Position numbers and translations under genes: made by a program
From: an uncultured Thermoplasmatales archaeon
Lineage (GTDB): Archaea > Thermoplasmatota > E2 > DHVEG-1
Direction: 5' to 3'
Assembly (NCBI GenBank): GCA_964518165.1
Contig: CAZFFN010000093.1
Span: forward strand, 706-64,705
DNA: 64,000 nucleotides
In this document: piece by piece, positions 1 to 9,752 of the stretch
Position numbering within the stretch: the first letter of the stretch is position 1
Layout of the letters: each line of letters begins with the position of its first letter
The notes under the pieces: model-generated
What the model saw: the letters and a program-made list of their open reading frames with translations, nothing else
What the model was told of the DNA's origin: nothing
Database searches by the model: none

Positions 1-432
1 AAAGCAACAGTTGAAGGAAAAGGACTAAAGTTTATAACTGAAATTCCGCGAGATTTACCAAATATTATGGGAGACAGATACAGACTTTCACAGATATTAA
101 AAAATCTACTTGTAAATGCATTAAAATTTACTGACAATGGTTTTATAAAAATCAAAGCTAAGAAAACAAAAGAGTTTATAGAAATAAATGTACAAGACAC
201 AGGAATTGGTATATCAAAACAAGAGATAAAAAAAGTATTCAACAAATTTTACCAGGCATATACAGGCGATGACAGAAAAAACGAGGGAACTGGACTAGGT
301 TTATTTATCTGTAAACAAATAATAGAAAAACACAAAGGAGATATTACTCTTGAAAGTAAAATTGGGAAAGGAAGTACTTTTAACATAAAGATCCCTTACA
401 TACATAAAATGGTAGTAGATCTTAAAAAATAG
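1..432 (+). CDS. Sensor histidine kinase, C-terminal HATPase_c domain (5' truncated by window edge)
   Basis: Frame open from base 1. N box (NLLVNALKF), G1 (DTGIG), F box (VFNKFYQ), G2 (GTGLGL). Confidence 0.92.
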   Translation, partial: KATVEGKGLKFITEIPRDLPNIMGDRYRLSQILKNLLVNALKFTDNGFIKIKAKKTKEFIEINVQDTGIGISKQEIKKVFNKFYQAYTGDDRKNEGTGLGLFICKQIIEKHKGDITLESKIGKGSTFNIKIPYIHKMVVDLKK

Positions 433-451
433 AAATTGGTTTGGTGATAAA

Positions 452-778
452 ATAAAAAAGAAATGCCCAGAATGTGGCGGAAAAGCAGTGAAGTTATACC
501 AAAATAAAAGTGTAGATGGAAAAAGATCATGGATACCAACTGCATGGTTATGCACAAAATGTGGATATACATATAATGTTGCAGCTGAAACTCTAATGTA
601 CAAAATTGGCCACGAAGAATACGATGAAAGCCTAAAAAAGAAATGCTCAAAGTGCGGTCTTAAGCTGGTTAGATTATACAGACATATTAATCCTCAAAAA
701 GGAAAACAAAAATGGGTATCTCTATGTTGGTATTGCACTAGATGTAAATATTTATGGATGGATAAAAAAACAGATTAA
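452..778 (+). CDS. Small protein with four CxxC motifs (double zinc ribbon); probable ATA start at 452 (ORF track starts at GTG 488)
   Basis: The same frame upstream of 488 encodes KKKCPECGGKAV, supplying the first CxxC (CPEC) to add to CTKC, CSKC and CTRC. SD GGTGA at 443-447. Confidence 0.65.
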   Translation: MKKKCPECGGKAVKLYQNKSVDGKRSWIPTAWLCTKCGYTYNVAAETLMYKIGHEEYDESLKKKCSKCGLKLVRLYRHINPQKGKQKWVSLCWYCTRCKYLWMDKKTD

Positions 779-782
779 ATAA

Positions 783-1673
783 TTATTCTGTAATAGCTTT
801 GTTTTTTTCTTCTCTTTCAGAAATATAACTTATACCTATTTCAGTTAGTTCAATAACATTAAAAGAACTATATTGAAGGAGTTCATATTCAAGTAATCTT
901 TTAACCATTACATCAAATTCATCTTTATTTATGTGAAGTAGATTTATTGCCTGTTCAGCATCAATATCTCTAGTATGTAAAATATTTAAAAGTTCAAATT
1001 CTTTTTCTTTTAAATCAAACTTTTCTTCTAATTCATCAGGTATTTCTTCAGTTGATTGAGATAAATTTTTAACATAATCCTCAACTATATTTTCTAAATG
1101 GAGATTATCTAATACCTCACCTTCATTATTATACAAAACACAAACCTTTTTGTTTGGATCATATTTCCAAGATGAAACATTTTTCCAGGTATAACCTAGA
1201 AGACTTACATCCCCATATGGCCTTGATGTTGGTTTACCTGATTGTCGTTTTTTCCTCTGCCTGCTCCTATAAAGATAATGCTGTTCAATTTGAAGAGATG
1301 CTAAATCAACACCATAATCTTTTAAAGTAGATATTAACTTTTCACCGGCTCTTTTTTTAATTTCAGATATAAAAAACAAACCAGCTTTACCGATTATATC
1401 CATATATACAATTCGTACAATAGCCTCGATAGCCGAACCTAATTCTCTTTCAGAAATATTATTGATATCAGGTGAAATAGCTATTACTTCATTTTCTACT
1501 AAAAGACCCCTGTCATTTATTGTAACATATTTTAAAAAAGAATATTTCTGAGTAAGTGTTTGAATAATTGAACCTATCACTTTTGCAGCAAAAGACCGTG
1601 TGGTTCTTCTACCTGCTACATTATAAAGTGTTCTAAGAATTTGACCTAGCACATAAGAATTGTTGTTTCCCAT
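783..1673 (-). CDS. Hypothetical protein with probable C-terminal winged helix-turn-helix
   Basis: 296-aa ORF. C-terminus ELLNILHTRDIDAEQAINLLHINKDEFDVMVKRLLEYELL...IELTEIG looks wHTH-like. Confidence 0.6.
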   Translation of the reverse strand: MGNNNSYVLGQILRTLYNVAGRRTTRSFAAKVIGSIIQTLTQKYSFLKYVTINDRGLLVENEVIAISPDINNISERELGSAIEAIVRIVYMDIIGKAGLFFISEIKKRAGEKLISTLKDYGVDLASLQIEQHYLYRSRQRKKRQSGKPTSRPYGDVSLLGYTWKNVSSWKYDPNKKVCVLYNNEGEVLDNLHLENIVEDYVKNLSQSTEEIPDELEEKFDLKEKEFELLNILHTRDIDAEQAINLLHINKDEFDVMVKRLLEYELLQYSSFNVIELTEIGISYISEREEKNKAITE

Positions 1674-1798
1674 CTTAATTTTTAGAATAAAACATGTATT
1701 TATTTATCTTTTCCTTTGAAAAATAACTTTTATTTCCTAAACCATTAAATATAAGGATTTGTTTAACGCTTTCAATTAAAATTTGAGGAAAATTAAAA

Positions 1799-1897
1799 AT
1801 GAAGCGAAGTTCAAGAGTTTGGAAGAAAAAACATAAAATGCGTTGGAAATGGCGAAAGAAACGAATGAGACGGGAAAAAAGAAACAGAAGAAAGTAA
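1799..1897 (+). CDS. rpl41e: Ribosomal protein eL41 (eS32)
   Basis: Hand translation MKRSSRVWKKKHKMRWKWRKKRMRREKRNRRK contains the eL41 MRWKW.KKR.RR signature. SD GAGG upstream. Not in ORF track. Confidence 0.9.
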   Translation: MKRSSRVWKKKHKMRWKWRKKRMRREKRNRRK

Positions 1898-1908
1898 ATA
1901 ATATACAT

Positions 1909-2050
1909 GGGGGCATGGTGTAACCCGGCATCATTGTGGGCTCCAGTTAAGGAATGATTAGAAATGGGTCATCTGATAGAATGATGAATACCTGGAGCGA
2001 TGACCTTGAGAAGAGCCCCGCCGATCTGGGTTCAAATCCCAGTGCCCCCA
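1909..2050 (+). tRNA. trnW: tRNA-Trp(CCA) with a 69-nt intron at 37/38 (intron ~1947-2015)
   Basis: Acceptor GGGGGCA/TGCCCCC-A, D arm GTGT..TCAT, anticodon stem GTGGG/CCCGC with CT-CCA-G, T arm CTGGG-TTCAAAT-CCCAG. CCA end not encoded. Confidence 0.93.
1947..2015 (+). ncRNA. Box C/D guide RNA embedded in the tRNA-Trp intron
   Basis: Box C ATGATTA 1954-60, D' CTGA 1973-76, C' ATGATGA 1981-87, D ATGA 2000-03, terminal stem TTAAGG/CCTTGA. The D guide CTGGAGC pairs with tRNA G31-G37, with the D+5 nucleotide opposite C34. This is the known euryarchaeal Cm34 guide arrangement. Confidence 0.85.
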
Positions 2051-2132
2051 TACCCAAAAAAATTTAAGGGAAATATTTTATTTACAAAAATAACCCAAAG
2101 TATTTAATGGAGACAAATATCTGGTGTTGTAG

Positions 2133-2339
2133 ATGATTAAATTAAATATAAAAAATTTCAACATATACACTGTTCTGTCAATTTTATTTCTACTCGCAGG
2201 AATACTTTTCTACATATCCTGGGGAATAACATATGGAGTATGGTATAATATTGGCCCATATGCACTAACAATTGTTCTAGTAATCCCGGGGATTATTGGA
2301 CTGATTTTATCTCTTATGGAAGAAGAAAAAGAGATTTAG
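2133..2339 (+). CDS. Small membrane protein (2 TM)
   Basis: 68 aa, two hydrophobic helices, acidic tail. Confidence 0.65.
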   Translation: MIKLNIKNFNIYTVLSILFLLAGILFYISWGITYGVWYNIGPYALTIVLVIPGIIGLILSLMEEEKEI

Positions 2340-3772
2340 ATCATATTCCAAGTTAAAACGGGGTTTTTTGTTGCAGATACTTCATCTACACGTTTAACTG
2401 GCGTATTTTGAGGCGCCATTTTTAGAACACTAAAATCTTCATCTGCAATTTTAATAAGAGACTCTACATAGGTATCCAAATCCTTTTTTGATTCAGTTTC
2501 AGTTGGCTCTATCATAAGTGCTTCTTTTACAATAAGGGGAAAATAAACTGTAGGTGGATGAAGACCATAATCAAGAAGTCTTTTAGCTACATCAAGAGCT
2601 CTAAACTTTTTTTCTTTTTTTAAGTTTTCACAGCTTAAAACAAATTCATGTTTTCGAAGATTCTTATAAGGCATCTCATATTTTTTACTATTTAGTATTT
2701 TTTCTTTTAAATAATTGGAATTAAGAACTGCTATTTCAGATGCTTCTTTCAACCCTTCTTTTCCCATCATTGTAATATAAATATATGCCTTTAAAAGGAC
2801 ACTAAAATTTCCATAAAACCCTTTTATTTTACCAATACTTTCAGACATATTGTAATTAAAAGAATAACCTTTATTATTTTTTACAATTCTTGGAACAGGT
2901 AAGAATTTTTCAAGTTTTGATTTAACACCAACTGGACCACTCCCTGGACCTCCGCCACCATGAGGAGTAGAAAAGGTCTTATGCAGATTTAAATGAACTA
3001 TATCAAATCCCATATCACCAGGACGAGCCTTTCCCATGATAGCATTCATATTTGCCCCATCATAATAAAGAAGAGCTCCAGATTTATGCACCATTTTTGA
3101 AATTTCAATAATATCATCTTCAAAAATCCCAAGAGTATTAGGATTTGTAAGCATGAAACAAGCTGATTTTTCAGATAGAGTTTTTTCAAGTACCTCTAAA
3201 TCAACTGTTCCGTTTTCACTAGACGGAATTTCAGTTAATTTGAAACCAGCCATTGTTGCACTAGCTGGATTTGTACCATGTGCTGTATCAGGTATTATTA
3301 TTTCATTACGATCTGAGTCTTTATTAGATTCATGAAAAGCACGTGTAAGAAGCATTCCAAGAAATTCTCCATGCGCACCTGCTGCAGGTTGCAAGGAAAA
3401 GTAATCCATTCCGGTAATTTCACAAAGCATTCTTTCAAGTTCAAACATTATCTGAAGATTGCCTTGAACAGTTGAAACATCTTGATTAGGATGAGTACAG
3501 GCAAATTTTTCCCAACCAGCTATCTCTTCACATATACGCGGGTTATATTTCATAGTACATGATCCCAGAGGATAAATCCCATTATCAACACCATAGTTCA
3601 TCTGACTAAGTCTATGATAATGTCTAACTACTTGAGTTTCATCAATATCGGGAATATCACAATCATTATTTTTTCTCAGTATCTTAGGGATCTTATCAAA
3701 TATCTTTGTTTTTTCATGTTTAGACTCAAGATTATTCAGTAGAGGTTCTTCATATTTAGCAGATCTATACAT
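2336..3772 (-). CDS. gcvPB: Glycine cleavage system P protein subunit 2
   Basis: [24 protein letters not shown] motif [18 protein letters not shown]. Confidence 0.96.
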   Translation of the reverse strand: MYRSAKYEEPLLNNLESKHEKTKIFDKIPKILRKNNDCDIPDIDETQVVRHYHRLSQMNYGVDNGIYPLGSCTMKYNPRICEEIAGWEKFACTHPNQDVSTVQGNLQIMFELERMLCEITGMDYFSLQPAAGAHGEFLGMLLTRAFHESNKDSDRNEIIIPDTAHGTNPASATMAGFKLTEIPSSENGTVDLEVLEKTLSEKSACFMLTNPNTLGIFEDDIIEISKMVHKSGALLYYDGANMNAIMGKARPGDMGFDIVHLNLHKTFSTPHGGGGPGSGPVGVKSKLEKFLPVPRIVKNNKGYSFNYNMSESIGKIKGFYGNFSVLLKAYIYITMMGKEGLKEASEIAVLNSNYLKEKILNSKKYEMPYKNLRKHEFVLSCENLKKEKKFRALDVAKRLLDYGLHPPTVYFPLIVKEALMIEPTETESKKDLDTYVESLIKIADEDFSVLKMAPQNTPVKRVDEVSATKNPVLTWNMI

Positions 3773-3776
3773 TTTC

Positions 3777-5117
3777 TTAGACCTCCTTTATAAGCTTAAT
3801 AAAACGATCTATATCCATATCAGTGTGTAATTCAGTTGCACCAAGTAACATTGAATTATTTAAATCAGAAAAAATATTATCTAAAACTATTCCACCTTGG
3901 ATATTTTTTTTTAGAAGCTTTTGATTAATTTTATTTGGATCTTTTTTAGATTTTATTACAAACTCATTAAAGAATGAAGCATCAAATAAAGGTTCAAATC
4001 CGTCAACTTCACAAATTTTATCAAAGAAATCATGTGCTTTTTCAAAGTTCATTTTTGCTAATTTATTCAGCCCATTTCCACCCAGCCACGACAGATGAAT
4101 ACAGGCAGCAAGCGCGCATAATCCTTCATTTGTACATATATTACTAGTCGCCCTTCCTCTTCTGATATGCTGCTCTCTAGTCTGAAGTGCCATACAGAAA
4201 GCTTTCTTACCATCTTCATCTGATGTAAGACCAATAATTCTTCCAGGCATCTGGCGAAGATACTTTTTTTTACAGGCAAAAAGTCCAAGAGTTGAACCTC
4301 CAAAATCAACATTATTTCCAAAACAGCTACCTTCACCAATAACTATATCGGCACCATATTCACCCGGGCTTTTGACAACACCAAGAGAAATTGGATCTAC
4401 ACCTGCGACTAAAAGAGAATCAGAATTTTTTATTATATCATCAATTTCGTTTATTTTTTCTTCAAATATACCAAAAAAGTTAGGATTTTCGACGTATACA
4501 CCACATACTTCTTCATCAACTTTTTTCTCTAAATCATTAATATCAATTTGACCAGTTTTTCTATCATATTTTACTTCTTTTATTTTTATTCCCGGTCCTT
4601 TACAATAATTCTTAAGAACAGATTTTTTTTCAAAAGAAATATTTTCTGGTATAACAAAGACATTTTTTCTTTTAATTCTAGAACACATCAAAGCAGATTC
4701 AGAAAGCGCTGTAACGCCATCATAAAGAGAACAATTAGCTACATCCATCCCTGTTAATTCTGCTATCATACTTTGATATTCGAACATTGCCTGTAAAAAA
4801 CCTTGACTTGCTTCTGATTGGTAAGGAGTATATGCAGTAAAAAATTCTGCTCTAGAAATAAGAGATTTAACAATACTTGGAACATAGTGGGGTTTCATTC
4901 CTCCACCTGTAAAGCAGGTAAGTTCATGAAAAGACTTATTTTTACCAGAAATCTCTCTTAACTTTTGTGTTGTATCTATTTGAGAAAGACCGTTATCTAA
5001 ATCTAACTCTTTAATTAGAATTTCATTTGAGATATCAGAAAACAAATCATCAATATCCTTTAAACCAATTTCTTTGAGCATCTCTTCTTTAATGTCTGAA
5101 TTTGGTATGAATTTCAT
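3777..5117 (-). CDS. gcvPA: Glycine cleavage system P protein subunit 1
   Basis: [31 protein letters not shown]. Adjacent to gcvPB. Confidence 0.96.
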   Translation of the reverse strand: MKFIPNSDIKEEMLKEIGLKDIDDLFSDISNEILIKELDLDNGLSQIDTTQKLREISGKNKSFHELTCFTGGGMKPHYVPSIVKSLISRAEFFTAYTPYQSEASQGFLQAMFEYQSMIAELTGMDVANCSLYDGVTALSESALMCSRIKRKNVFVIPENISFEKKSVLKNYCKGPGIKIKEVKYDRKTGQIDINDLEKKVDEEVCGVYVENPNFFGIFEEKINEIDDIIKNSDSLLVAGVDPISLGVVKSPGEYGADIVIGEGSCFGNNVDFGGSTLGLFACKKKYLRQMPGRIIGLTSDEDGKKAFCMALQTREQHIRRGRATSNICTNEGLCALAACIHLSWLGGNGLNKLAKMNFEKAHDFFDKICEVDGFEPLFDASFFNEFVIKSKKDPNKINQKLLKKNIQGGIVLDNIFSDLNNSMLLGATELHTDMDIDRFIKLIKEV

Positions 5118-5226
5118 AAGAAAACCCCGAAGCTTGGTAACAATAAGATGTTAAAGAAATTTTTTATAAAATAAACTAAAAAAGAGGAATTGAAAAATTT
5201 AAAACAAACTAAACATTCAGGTTCTT

Positions 5227-5886
5227 ATGAAATATTACAAGTTCAAAGAAAATACCGATAGAAAATTGAATATCGGTAAAATAATATGTCTTGCTAGAAC
5301 ATATAAAAAACATGCAAAAGAGATGAATGCAAATGTTACAAAAAAACCCTTACTTTTTTTAAAACCTGTCAGTTCAGTTATTTTTAATTCTGAAACAATA
5401 ATACTCCCAAATATTTCAAAGAGTGTACATCATGAAGTTGAACTAGGTATAGTTATTGGCAAAAAAGGAAAAAATATTGATAAAAAAGACGCAATGGAAC
5501 ATGTATATGGATATCTATTAGGACTTGACATAACCGCAAGAGATATTCAATCTGAAGCAAAAAAGAATGGTTGGCCTTGGGGGATAGCAAAAGGTTTTGA
5601 TACATTTGCACCAATTAGCGAAGTAGTGTTAAAAGAAAAAGTAAAAGATCCGCAAAACCTTGATATCTGGCTGAAAGTAAATAATGAAATAAGGCAAAAA
5701 TCAAACACAAATAATATGGCGTTATCAATCAGAGAAATTATTGAATTTATATCAAATATTATGACACTTGAACCTGGAGATTTGATATTAACAGGAACAC
5801 CTGAAGGCGTAAATGAAATTAAAAAAGGTGATACAATAAAAGCAGGTCTTGGAAATAGTATGGATCTAAAAATTAAAGTAAAATAA
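5227..5886 (+). CDS. Fumarylacetoacetate hydrolase family protein
   Basis: HHEVELG, DITARD, AKGFDTF, TLEPGDLILTGTPEGV. Confidence 0.93.
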   Translation: MKYYKFKENTDRKLNIGKIICLARTYKKHAKEMNANVTKKPLLFLKPVSSVIFNSETIILPNISKSVHHEVELGIVIGKKGKNIDKKDAMEHVYGYLLGLDITARDIQSEAKKNGWPWGIAKGFDTFAPISEVVLKEKVKDPQNLDIWLKVNNEIRQKSNTNNMALSIREIIEFISNIMTLEPGDLILTGTPEGVNEIKKGDTIKAGLGNSMDLKIKVK

Positions 5887-6132
5887 TTTTTTGGATATAG
5901 GAAAATGTCAGAAATTGAAAAGAGTAAAAAAAACCAGAAATGGTTGTTGAATTAACTATTGCAGTTATACTTTGTGCTTACAGTTATCTCGTAGTTGTTA
6001 TATTTGCATAAATAGGATTGTTATTTTTATTTTTTGTACATTTTTACAGGTTAGATTTAAGTAATATAACTTTCAAAAAGTATATTTGCTATAGTATAGC
6101 ATGGTAAAGATGAAAGGAGGAAAGAGATAAAT

Positions 6133-6267
6133 ATGAAACACAAAAATAGTAAAATTGGAAAATATGGGATTAAATATGAACCTGTAGAAGGTTATAAAAC
6201 AAAAAATGGTAGATATGTTCCACCACATTATAAAAAAGTGGAATTTAAGTGGTGTAAAGAAAATTAA
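6133..6267 (+). CDS. Small basic hypothetical protein (44 aa)
   Basis: MKHKNSKIGKYGIKYEPVEGYKTKNGRYVPPHYKKVEFKWCKEN. GGAGG at 6116-6120. Not in ORF track. Confidence 0.45.
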   Translation: MKHKNSKIGKYGIKYEPVEGYKTKNGRYVPPHYKKVEFKWCKEN

Positions 6268-6284
6268 AAAAATATTTAAGTCTT

Positions 6285-9200
6285 TTAGAAGTATTCAAAA
6301 ATAGATGTAATTATTTTGCATATTTTTCTTTGTTTTTTCTTAGACATTATATTTACTAGACCTAATTTTTTTATAATATTAGATCTTTTTTTGTAAATAT
6401 AAATTGATAAAATAAAGAAAAGTAGAATTGGAACGAAAAAGACCCACCATTCAATAAATAGATAATAACTTTTATCAGCGGACTTTTGACTGTTAGCTTT
6501 ACCAAAATTTTGAACATTTTTTTCAATTGAATAACTTACCAATATTTTATCTGTGTTTTTTCCATCAAAAACTTGTACAACTGCTTTACCTTCAAAGCTA
6601 GTATCTTTGAATTGATATCTTACTTTAGGTTCATTTGAGTAACTTGTATCCCATGATCCATCGTTATCAAAATCCCAGCGATAAAAAAGTACGTCCCCAT
6701 CAGGATCAAAACTTTCAGATGCATCAAAAATAATACAATTTTCCCCTGATTCTTCTTTATTGAGTGATGCTTTTGCAACAGGGGGATTGTTTATTTTTTC
6801 TTGAGAAGGTTCATCTAATACTTCTTCATCCTCTGTTTCATCAGAATCTATAGATTCTTCACCATCTACTTCATTTGGAATTAAGTTTGGTGGGACATAA
6901 TTGTTTGAACCGGAATGAGTCTTACCATTGCTTACAGATGGCTTTTCTTTCTCTGTAATCCTTGAATAAGTTAGATTATGATCAACTAAACCATTATTAT
7001 CAGTTACTGTAATATTGACAATATAATCTCCAACATCTGAGTAAATGTGTTCTATTAAGATACCATATCCAATGTTTCCATCGCCAAAATTCCACGTGTA
7101 ATTTGAGATAGTACCATCTGAATCATAACTCTTTGATGCATTAAAAGTAATTATTTCATCAACATAAGCAAGATATGGGCCATTTGCATCTGATACAGGC
7201 GGATAATTGTCTATTATGTCTGTTTTGATTATGACAAACGAATCTTCCCCCACGTTTTGTCTTTTAATATATCTTGAGTTATTGTAAACTGCTTTAAAAG
7301 TATATTTTCTTGGAAGTAGCTCTTTTTTTGCTTGTCCATTTGAATCAGTTATTCCAAAGACTTTCCAACCAGATGAGTGATAACTTAGGTTTCCATCAGA
7401 TAACGGAGTGCCATATTCATCTACTAACAATACAGTCACTTGAATCGTTGAAAAAACAACTGAAGGATTACTTTTAACATCTTGTCTTTTTGATATACTT
7501 GAACCATCATATCTTAATCTAAAAGTATACTTTCTAGGAAGTAACTCTTTAGTAGCTTCACCATCTGAATCAGTTATTCCAAAGAACTTCCAGCCGCCGC
7601 TATGAAAACTAACATTACCGCCAGATAGAAGAATTCCTGAGCTATTTTGAAATTTGACTTTTACTTCAATTGTTGAAAAAACAACCAAAGGATCTTTACT
7701 AACATCTTTTCTTTTACTAATAGCTGCATCTAGATATTTCATTCTAAATGAAAATTTTCTTGGTAAAAATTCACCAGAAACACTCCCGGAATTATTAGTA
7801 ACTCCTAGATATTTCCAGCCTGATGAATGATAAGATACATTACCACCAGACATAAAGATTCCTTTACTGTTTTGTAATTTCACTGTTACTTTTATTGTTG
7901 AAAAAACTACTAAAGGATCTGAGCTAATATCTTGTCTCTTTGATATACTTACACCATCATAACTTAATCTAAAAGTATACTTTCTAGGAAGTAACTCTTT
8001 AATTGTCTCACCAGAGTTATCTGTAAAACCAAAGAACTTCCAACCGCCACTATGATAAGATACATTACCACCAAAAACTGCAACACCAGAACTATTTTCA
8101 AAACGAACGGTAACTGGAACTGTAGAAAAAACAACTGAAGGATTACTTCCAACATCTTGTCTTAAAGAATTACTTGCGCCATCATAATTAACTTTAAATG
8201 TGTATTTTCTAGATAAAAGTTCTTTACAGGTAAATCCGTTTTGATCAGTTATACCAATGTATTTCCAGCTAGATGAATGATAATACATAACTCCCCCACT
8301 TAACGAACTTCCATCGCTTGTTTGTAATTTAATCGTTACATTAATTGTGCTGAAAATAACATTTGGATCCATTGAAACATCTTGTCTCTTTGATATACTT
8401 GCACCATCATATCTTAATCTAAAAGTATACGTTCCAGGGAGTAACTCTTTTGTAGCTTCGCCATCTGAATCAGTTATTCCAAAGAACTTCCAACCTCCAC
8501 TATGATAAGATACATTACCACCTGAAATTTCTACACCAGAACTATTTTCAAAACGAACGGTAACTGGAACTGTAGAAAAAACAACCACGGGATTATTTCT
8601 TATATCCTGTCTTTTACTAATGGTTGCATCTAAATATTTCATTCTAAATGTATAACTTGCCTTTGGAATCAATTTAGTTGTATTACCATTCTTATCAGTT
8701 GTACCAAATTCTTTCCAACCGTTTTTGTGATATCTTACAATACCCTTGCTAATAGGATTGTTACAACTGTCAACTAATCTAACTGTAACTTGTCTTGCTT
8801 CTAGAGCATATAGTTTGATCCAGCTTATAGAAAGTTGTCCATAGGTATCAAAGTTACTCCATTTGGTACCAGTGCTGACAATTTTTAATTGTATTTGACC
8901 AGATATTTCAAATGAAGAAATGTCAATTTGGTGTGTTTTCCAAGTTTCTGATGATTCTATATCGTCATAGGAGTATACTAAAACATTCCCAATATATATT
9001 TCAAAACTATCATTTGCAATTCCATCTAAAGCTCTTATTTCAATTTTGTTTGCTATGTAGTTATTTTGAGAATTAAGAACCAAAGAAGCATAGTTTTCAT
9101 CTGGACTATCTGTACTTATATCAGATGGATTAAAAGAATCATTGTACCAAACAGCTCTAAGATTGCCATCATCAGCTCCACCCCAGTTACCTCCGTGTGC

Positions 9201-9425
9201 TGCAGGTTCTATTGGGCCAAAACCGAATAAATTATGATCTGCTTCATCTAAAGGATCACCAATATTTATAGAATCTACTATTGATTCTGAAGAAGATGCT
9301 GTTGAAGAGATACTTAAAATAATAAAGAAAAGTAAAACTGTAAAAGTAATAGATAAAAATATTAAATATCTGTGTTTATTTTTATTGTCAATTGACTTGT
9401 ACTCAGCGTTCAAAGTTCTCCCCAA
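6285..9425 (-). CDS. Large surface protein: signal/TM, beta-rich domain, seven 75-aa beta-sandwich repeats, two PKD domains, C-terminal TM anchor
   Basis: Repeats VTV.L....G....G.VSYHSGGWK.FG.TD..G...KELLP.KYTF. PKD motifs YTWNFGDG and YRWDFDNDG. Hydrophobic C-terminal helix followed by KKR. Confidence 0.85.
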   Translation of the reverse strand: MGRTLNAEYKSIDNKNKHRYLIFLSITFTVLLFFIILSISSTASSSESIVDSINIGDPLDEADHNLFGFGPIEPAAHGGNWGGADDGNLRAVWYNDSFNPSDISTDSPDENYASLVLNSQNNYIANKIEIRALDGIANDSFEIYIGNVLVYSYDDIESSETWKTHQIDISSFEISGQIQLKIVSTGTKWSNFDTYGQLSISWIKLYALEARQVTVRLVDSCNNPISKGIVRYHKNGWKEFGTTDKNGNTTKLIPKASYTFRMKYLDATISKRQDIRNNPVVVFSTVPVTVRFENSSGVEISGGNVSYHSGGWKFFGITDSDGEATKELLPGTYTFRLRYDGASISKRQDVSMDPNVIFSTINVTIKLQTSDGSSLSGGVMYYHSSSWKYIGITDQNGFTCKELLSRKYTFKVNYDGASNSLRQDVGSNPSVVFSTVPVTVRFENSSGVAVFGGNVSYHSGGWKFFGFTDNSGETIKELLPRKYTFRLSYDGVSISKRQDISSDPLVVFSTIKVTVKLQNSKGIFMSGGNVSYHSSGWKYLGVTNNSGSVSGEFLPRKFSFRMKYLDAAISKRKDVSKDPLVVFSTIEVKVKFQNSSGILLSGGNVSFHSGGWKFFGITDSDGEATKELLPRKYTFRLRYDGSSISKRQDVKSNPSVVFSTIQVTVLLVDEYGTPLSDGNLSYHSSGWKVFGITDSNGQAKKELLPRKYTFKAVYNNSRYIKRQNVGEDSFVIIKTDIIDNYPPVSDANGPYLAYVDEIITFNASKSYDSDGTISNYTWNFGDGNIGYGILIEHIYSDVGDYIVNITVTDNNGLVDHNLTYSRITEKEKPSVSNGKTHSGSNNYVPPNLIPNEVDGEESIDSDETEDEEVLDEPSQEKINNPPVAKASLNKEESGENCIIFDASESFDPDGDVLFYRWDFDNDGSWDTSYSNEPKVRYQFKDTSFEGKAVVQVFDGKNTDKILVSYSIEKNVQNFGKANSQKSADKSYYLFIEWWVFFVPILLFFILSIYIYKKRSNIIKKLGLVNIMSKKKQRKICKIITSIFEYF
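7215..8789 (-). repeat. Seven intragenic tandem 225-bp repeats
   Basis: Identical DNA blocks at multiples of 225 nt: aaacgaacggtaactggaactgtagaaaaaacaac at 8101 and 8551; ccatctgaatcagttattccaaagaacttcca at 7561 and 8461. Boundaries approximate. Confidence 0.85.
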
Positions 9426-9469
9426 CTAAGTTATACTCTGCTAATAATCATATTTAAAAATTTCTATAT

Positions 9470-9490
9470 ATTTTGTCAAAATGACAAAAT
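9470..9490. promoter_or_regulatory. Inverted repeat ATTTTGTCA-AAA-TGACAAAAT, candidate operator next to the minus-strand TATA box (TTTTTAAA, 9453-9460) of the surface-protein gene
   Basis: Perfect 9-bp arms with a 3-nt spacer, plus an extra TGTCA half-site at 9490-9494. Confidence 0.45.
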
Positions 9491-9610
9491 GTCAAATGAA
9501 AAAATCTTAATAAAAATAAAAGCAAATAATTTCAAATTAAATGCAAAATTTTAAAAACAACAGATATATTTTTAAAGTAAACTAACATTGATTAAAACGG
9601 GGAAAAACTA

Positions 9611-9745
9611 TTGAAAAGAGAAAATTGTCCATTCTGCGGTCATAGATGGGTAAGAAGTTCAAAGGAATCGCCAATTACATGTCCAAACTGCCATAGAAAA
9701 TACTACAGCCAAGAACAACTATCAAAAAGACAAAACAAAAAATAA
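9611..9745 (+). CDS. Zinc-finger microprotein (CPxCG type, 44 aa)
   Basis: TTG start; MKRENCPFCGHRWVRSSKESPITCPNCHRKYYSQEQLSKRQNKK. GGGG upstream. Not in ORF track. Confidence 0.7.
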   Translation: MKRENCPFCGHRWVRSSKESPITCPNCHRKYYSQEQLSKRQNKK

Positions 9746-9752
9746 TAGTTTT

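Noticed and set aside
1675..1908. 77-aa minus-strand ORF
   Set aside because: Antisense shadow of rpl41e and its promoter.
7215..8789. Possible CRISPR array or DGR template/variable repeat pair
   Set aside because: The repeats are in-frame 225-bp coding units, with no spacers, no A-specific mismatch pattern noticed, and no cas or reverse transcriptase gene in the window.
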